A stretch of DNA of 20,000 nt from an uncultured virus (IMG/VR IMGVR_UViG_3300032829_000007) (Duplodnaviria > Heunggongvirae > Uroviricota > Caudoviricetes), in IMG/VR virus record IMGVR_UViG_3300032829_000007, one strand, 5' to 3'. Shown piece by piece: positions 16,911 to 20,000 of the stretch; the stretch's first letter is position 1, and each line of letters starts with the position of its first letter. The notes beneath the pieces were generated by a model. The model made no database searches, was not told the DNA's origin, and saw only the letters and a list, made by a program, of their open reading frames with translations. The translations under genes and the position numbers were made by a program.

Positions 16911-16944
16911 AAAATCTCTATATAAATATATATAGAGATTTTTT
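16911..16944 (+). terminator. intrinsic terminator
   Basis: AAAATCTCTATATA-AATA-TATATAGAGATTTT followed by T. Confidence 0.75.
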
Positions 16945-16955
16945 ATTTATTATAA

Positions 16956-16983
16956 TGTAACCTTTACAAGTTTTTTTCGTATT
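16956..16983 (+). promoter_or_regulatory. ECF-type promoter (TGTAAC-N16-CGTATT)
   Basis: Motif match with no ORF before the next terminator. Confidence 0.8.
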
Positions 16984-16989
16984 TTATAA

Positions 16990-17094
16990 TAGTATTTTTT
17001 CAAATCTTGCGAATATATTAATCGTTTAACCAGAACGAATATATTCCATCATTTAAACCTTGCTAAAATTAATTTTTAATAGCAAGGTTTTTTT
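16990..17094 (+). ncRNA. candidate structured small RNA (~105 nt)
   Basis: Promoter, internal hairpin 17011-17046 and terminator 17055-17094, with no ATG ORF. The start position is estimated. Confidence 0.55.
17055..17094 (+). terminator. intrinsic terminator
   Basis: AAACCTTGCTA...TAGCAAGGTTT followed by TTTT. Confidence 0.8.
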
Positions 17095-17121
17095 GTAACA
17101 TTATTTAATAATGTACGTATA
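17094..17121 (+). promoter_or_regulatory. ECF-type promoter (TGTAAC-N16-CGTATA)
   Basis: Consensus match. It overlaps the track's start at 17111, so the true start is probably 17141. Confidence 0.85.
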
Positions 17122-17140
17122 TAATATAAAAAAAGTTATT

Positions 17141-17314
17141 ATGCTATTAATAGAAAATTTTAAAGAATGTTCACCAGATAAACATAAAAGACGTGACAAT
17201 AAATTTGGTATTACATGGTGTGTAAAATGTGGCCAATTATTTACAAAACCTTGTAATAATGAATTACAAGAAAATGACAAAATTACTTATATTTATCATA
17301 ATAAAAACTTATAA
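17141..17314 (+). CDS. putative zinc-finger protein
   Basis: C...H...WCVKCG. Start moved to ATTATG 17141. Confidence 0.65.
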   Translation: MLLIENFKECSPDKHKRRDNKFGITWCVKCGQLFTKPCNNELQENDKITYIYHNKNL

Positions 17315-17316
17315 TT

Positions 17317-17736
17317 ATGGACTTATTTTATATTGATAGGCAATTTGGACAGCCAATATTTATCGAAGTTGAAAAGGGTATTGTTCAAAAAGTATATAAC
17401 GAAAGTGAAAAGTTTAATAATAAAATGAATGAAGTGTATAAAGGTAAAGAAATTAGTTTTTTAAAAACTGATTTTGAAGAAAGAATGAAACCTTCATATT
17501 ATAATGTACGACCATTATCATTAACTTCAATACAACAAAATATTAATGCTATTGAAAGTCATATTAGTAATATTAATAAATTATTATATCTTTATGAACT
17601 GCATAAAGAAGAAAGTGATAATGTTATATTACTTAAAAGTGAAAGAATTAAATTAACTAAAGAATTAAGCGAATATCAAAATAAATTAAAACTTGAAATT
17701 AAGAGAATAAAAACTGAACATAATTATAATTGTTAA
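17317..17736 (+). CDS. hypothetical protein with C-terminal coiled coil
   Basis: 139-aa ORF. Confidence 0.75.
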   Translation: MDLFYIDRQFGQPIFIEVEKGIVQKVYNESEKFNNKMNEVYKGKEISFLKTDFEERMKPSYYNVRPLSLTSIQQNINAIESHISNINKLLYLYELHKEESDNVILLKSERIKLTKELSEYQNKLKLEIKRIKTEHNYNC

Positions 17737-17772
17737 TAATAAATTTTAAAGATCATTAAAAATATTATAATT

Positions 17773-17800
17773 TGAAACATTTATTATAATTTTACGTATA
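17773..17800 (+). promoter_or_regulatory. ECF-type promoter (TGAAAC-N16-CGTATA)
   Basis: Consensus match. Drives ORF 17821 and the spacer-targeted gene 18113. Confidence 0.85.
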
Positions 17801-17820
17801 TAATATAAAAACTTATAATC

Positions 17821-18096
17821 ATGGGAAAAGTAACAAATATTGATATAAATGTTAGAGTAAATGAACAATTTATATCTAAATTAAGAAAATATATTCCAGA
17901 AAATGAAACAGAAAATGATCATCAATTTGATGCAACACATGGAATTGTAGATGGATTTGTATATCATATTGTTGAACGAGGCGATTATAATTTTCAATTA
18001 TCAAATGGAATATCTTATTTAAAAAATGATCTTGAAGTTACATGGATTAGAATGTATGAAATAGATTATTCTAATGTAAATTTTTCTACACATTAA
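17821..18096 (+). CDS. hypothetical protein
   Basis: ORF after a promoter. Confidence 0.75.
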   Translation: MGKVTNIDINVRVNEQFISKLRKYIPENETENDHQFDATHGIVDGFVYHIVERGDYNFQLSNGISYLKNDLEVTWIRMYEIDYSNVNFSTH

Positions 18097-18112
18097 TATA
18101 TAAAAAAGACAA

Positions 18113-18622
18113 ATGAAAACTCAAAAATCTATATTAGGTAAAACAACAGGTAGTTTAATAAATTATGTTATGGGTAATAATAAAACTTTACCTGAAGTAG
18201 GAAAAGGCGCAACAATTTTATCATGGTCAGATAGACATGCTTATGAAGTAATGTCTATTAGTGAAGATGGAAAAAGAGTTATTATACAAAAATATTTATC
18301 TGAGCGTATTGATACCAATGGTATGAGTGAATCTCAGGAATATAAATATGAAAAATTAAATGGTTTTGATGAAGTTATTGTTTGGCGAAATAATGCATGG
18401 AGAAAAGAAATAATAGAAATAGTTTTTACAAAAGAATATGGTGAATATGTTAAAAATAATTTAAATGATTTTTGGAAAACTGAAGATTATAAATTATTAT
18501 ATCCTAATAATGAAATACAATTGCAACATGTTATTAAAGGTAAAACAAAACTTATAAAAAAATATCCTAAAGTAAATATTATTTGGGGCATAAAAGACGA
18601 ATATTATGATTATTCATTTTAA
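18113..18622 (+). CDS. conserved phage protein of unknown function; contains the protospacer for spacer 2
   Basis: PEVGKGATILSWSDRHAYEV...DEYYDYSF motifs resemble a widespread phage hypothetical family (recognised by eye). Confidence 0.8.
   Translation: MKTQKSILGKTTGSLINYVMGNNKTLPEVGKGATILSWSDRHAYEVMSISEDGKRVIIQKYLSERIDTNGMSESQEYKYEKLNGFDEVIVWRNNAWRKEIIEIVFTKEYGEYVKNNLNDFWKTEDYKLLYPNNEIQLQHVIKGKTKLIKKYPKVNIIWGIKDEYYDYSF
18312..18341 (+). other. protospacer: exact reverse complement of spacer 2 (15743-15772)
   Basis: ATACCAATGGTATGAGTGAATCTCAGGAAT, 30/30. The match ends exactly at the spacer boundaries. Confidence 0.95.
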
Positions 18623-18631
18623 ATAATAATA

Positions 18632-18876
18632 ATGTTTATTAAATTACAAAGAGGCCAATTTAAAAAAGTTGAAAATATTTGGGATTTAAGTATAGTAAAC
18701 GGACAACATGGTGAAGGTATTTATGCTTTTAAATATGGTAATAAATCAATGATTAATTATTATACTAAAAATGACGAAACATTATATACATTTATAACAA
18801 TCCACAATATAAAGCATTTATGTTTAAACACAATGGATATGGTATTCCTTCAAGTAAAGGAAATTTTTATTTTTAA
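18632..18876 (+). pseudogene. probably frameshifted or internally deleted gene
   Basis: The annotated frame becomes implausible after ~18795 and overruns promoter 18886. An alternative frame reads YNNPQYKAFMFKHNGYGIPSSKGNFYF* and stops before the promoter. Confidence 0.45.
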
Positions 18877-18885
18877 TATATTTTA

Positions 18886-18913
18886 TGTAACTTTATATAA
18901 TATTTTACGTATA
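18886..18913 (+). promoter_or_regulatory. ECF-type promoter (TGTAAC-N16-CGTATA)
   Basis: Consensus match upstream of ATG 18942. Confidence 0.85.
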
Positions 18914-18941
18914 TTATAATACAAACAAAAAATTATAAATT

Positions 18942-19118
18942 ATGAAAAAGATTTTATTTTTAATAAAAAGATATAAAGCTTTAAAATGGTGGAATAGTAT
19001 TACTATTGTTGAAAAAGCTTATAATTTATCTCGAATGAAAGATTTAGGTTTTTTAGAAAATAAAAAAGTTGAAACATTAACAACGAAAGATATTATTCAA
19101 TGTTATGAAACAATATAA
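18942..19118 (+). CDS. small hypothetical protein (58 aa)
   Basis: MKKILFLIKRYKALKWWNSI...CYETI*, after a promoter. Confidence 0.65.
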   Translation: MKKILFLIKRYKALKWWNSITIVEKAYNLSRMKDLGFLENKKVETLTTKDIIQCYETI

Positions 19119-19136
19119 ATAATAAAATTAAACATT

Positions 19137-19343
19137 ATGTCAAAATACTCAAACACTTTTGAATTAGTAAAAAAACATTGGCCAATAGCAAATCTTGATG
19201 AATCTGATTTATTTTTTATGAAGATTGTTGATGTTTGTTCTTGTGCTAATTATGATGAAAATAATATTGAAAAATTATGTAGTTTAATATCTGATTTTTA
19301 TGATGATGGATATCAAAAAGGTATTTATTCAGTGTTAATTTAA
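19137..19343 (+). CDS. hypothetical protein
   Basis: Packed ORF. Confidence 0.7.
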   Translation: MSKYSNTFELVKKHWPIANLDESDLFFMKIVDVCSCANYDENNIEKLCSLISDFYDDGYQKGIYSVLI

Positions 19344-19365
19344 ATTTTTTATAAATTTTATTATT

Positions 19366-19677
19366 ATGAAAAATATTGATATTAATCTATTAGAATCGAG
19401 AATAACAGCAATTAAAGCCGCACAAATTGCAGAATATAATAATGAATGGCAATTAGCAAAAGAATATTGGGAAAAAGCACCAAAATATAGTAATATAGAT
19501 AAAGAATTTGATAATAGCCAAATTAATGCAATTAATATGATTATTAATGCAAGTATTAAAGGAAATGAATACCGAAGTAGAATAAAAGAATATACTGAAC
19601 AATGGGAAAAAAGAAATTTAACAAATAAAAAATATTTTAGAATTTGTACTGAAATTTATAATGAAATTTATAAGTAA
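19366..19677 (+). CDS. hypothetical protein with a TPR-like helix pair
   Basis: AQIAEYNNEWQLAKEYWEKA. Confidence 0.65.
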   Translation: MKNIDINLLESRITAIKAAQIAEYNNEWQLAKEYWEKAPKYSNIDKEFDNSQINAINMIINASIKGNEYRSRIKEYTEQWEKRNLTNKKYFRICTEIYNEIYK

Positions 19678-19700
19678 CAAAATTTAAAAATATTTGTATA
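19673..19700 (+). promoter_or_regulatory. degenerate ECF-type promoter (AGTAAC-N16-TGTATA)
   Basis: Two mismatches, but correct spacing and intergenic position. Confidence 0.5.
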
Positions 19701-19772
19701 ATAAAAAGTAAATAATAAAATACAAATAAAAATGAAAAAAACATTATAAAAGCAAAAGTACAGTTAATAAAT

Positions 19773-19961
19773 ATGATGTGTGAAGAAGCTCGTTATTTTT
19801 TAAATAATAAAAAAGTTAAAGGTGATTATTTAAAATGTGGATGGATTGATTTTGTTGATGATGATTTAATCCAATATGAAATAGTTGGAGCTTATGTTGG
19901 TTGCGGAAGAAATACCGACAGAACAAATGGAAAAATAGTTTTAGTTAAAAAGGGATTATAA
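19773..19961 (+). CDS. hypothetical protein
   Basis: 62-aa ORF. Confidence 0.6.
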   Translation: MMCEEARYFLNNKKVKGDYLKCGWIDFVDDDLIQYEIVGAYVGCGRNTDRTNGKIVLVKKGL

Positions 19962-20000
19962 TTGATGATTTTAAAATGGAAAAGAATAAATTGTATTTCA

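Noticed and set aside
1..20000. Stop-codon reassignment as the cause of the short ORFs
   Set aside because: Most ORFs end in TAA and are followed by clear start contexts, promoters or terminators. The sigma factor is full length in the standard code.

Overview
Very AT-rich window that looks like the early/accessory region of a large phage, probably infecting Bacteroidota (no Shine-Dalgarno sites, A/T-rich 'ATTATG' start contexts, many short hypothetical ORFs, no host housekeeping genes). Gene orientation switches from - to + at about 1.3-1.85 kb, across a short C-rich island. An ECF sigma factor (2792-3343) is accompanied by 18 copies of an ECF-type promoter, TGWAAC-N16-CGTATW. The main finding is a cas-less CRISPR-like mini-array at 15641-15873 (36-nt repeats, 30/30/29-nt spacers). 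Its first repeat is the in-frame 3' end of a 129-aa gene, and spacer 2 is a perfect 30/30 antisense match to another gene in this window (18312-18341). This suggests an RNA-guided, self-targeting regulatory or competition system. Two promoter-to-terminator units without ORFs are candidate small RNAs. All product calls come from motif recognition by eye; no database searches were run.
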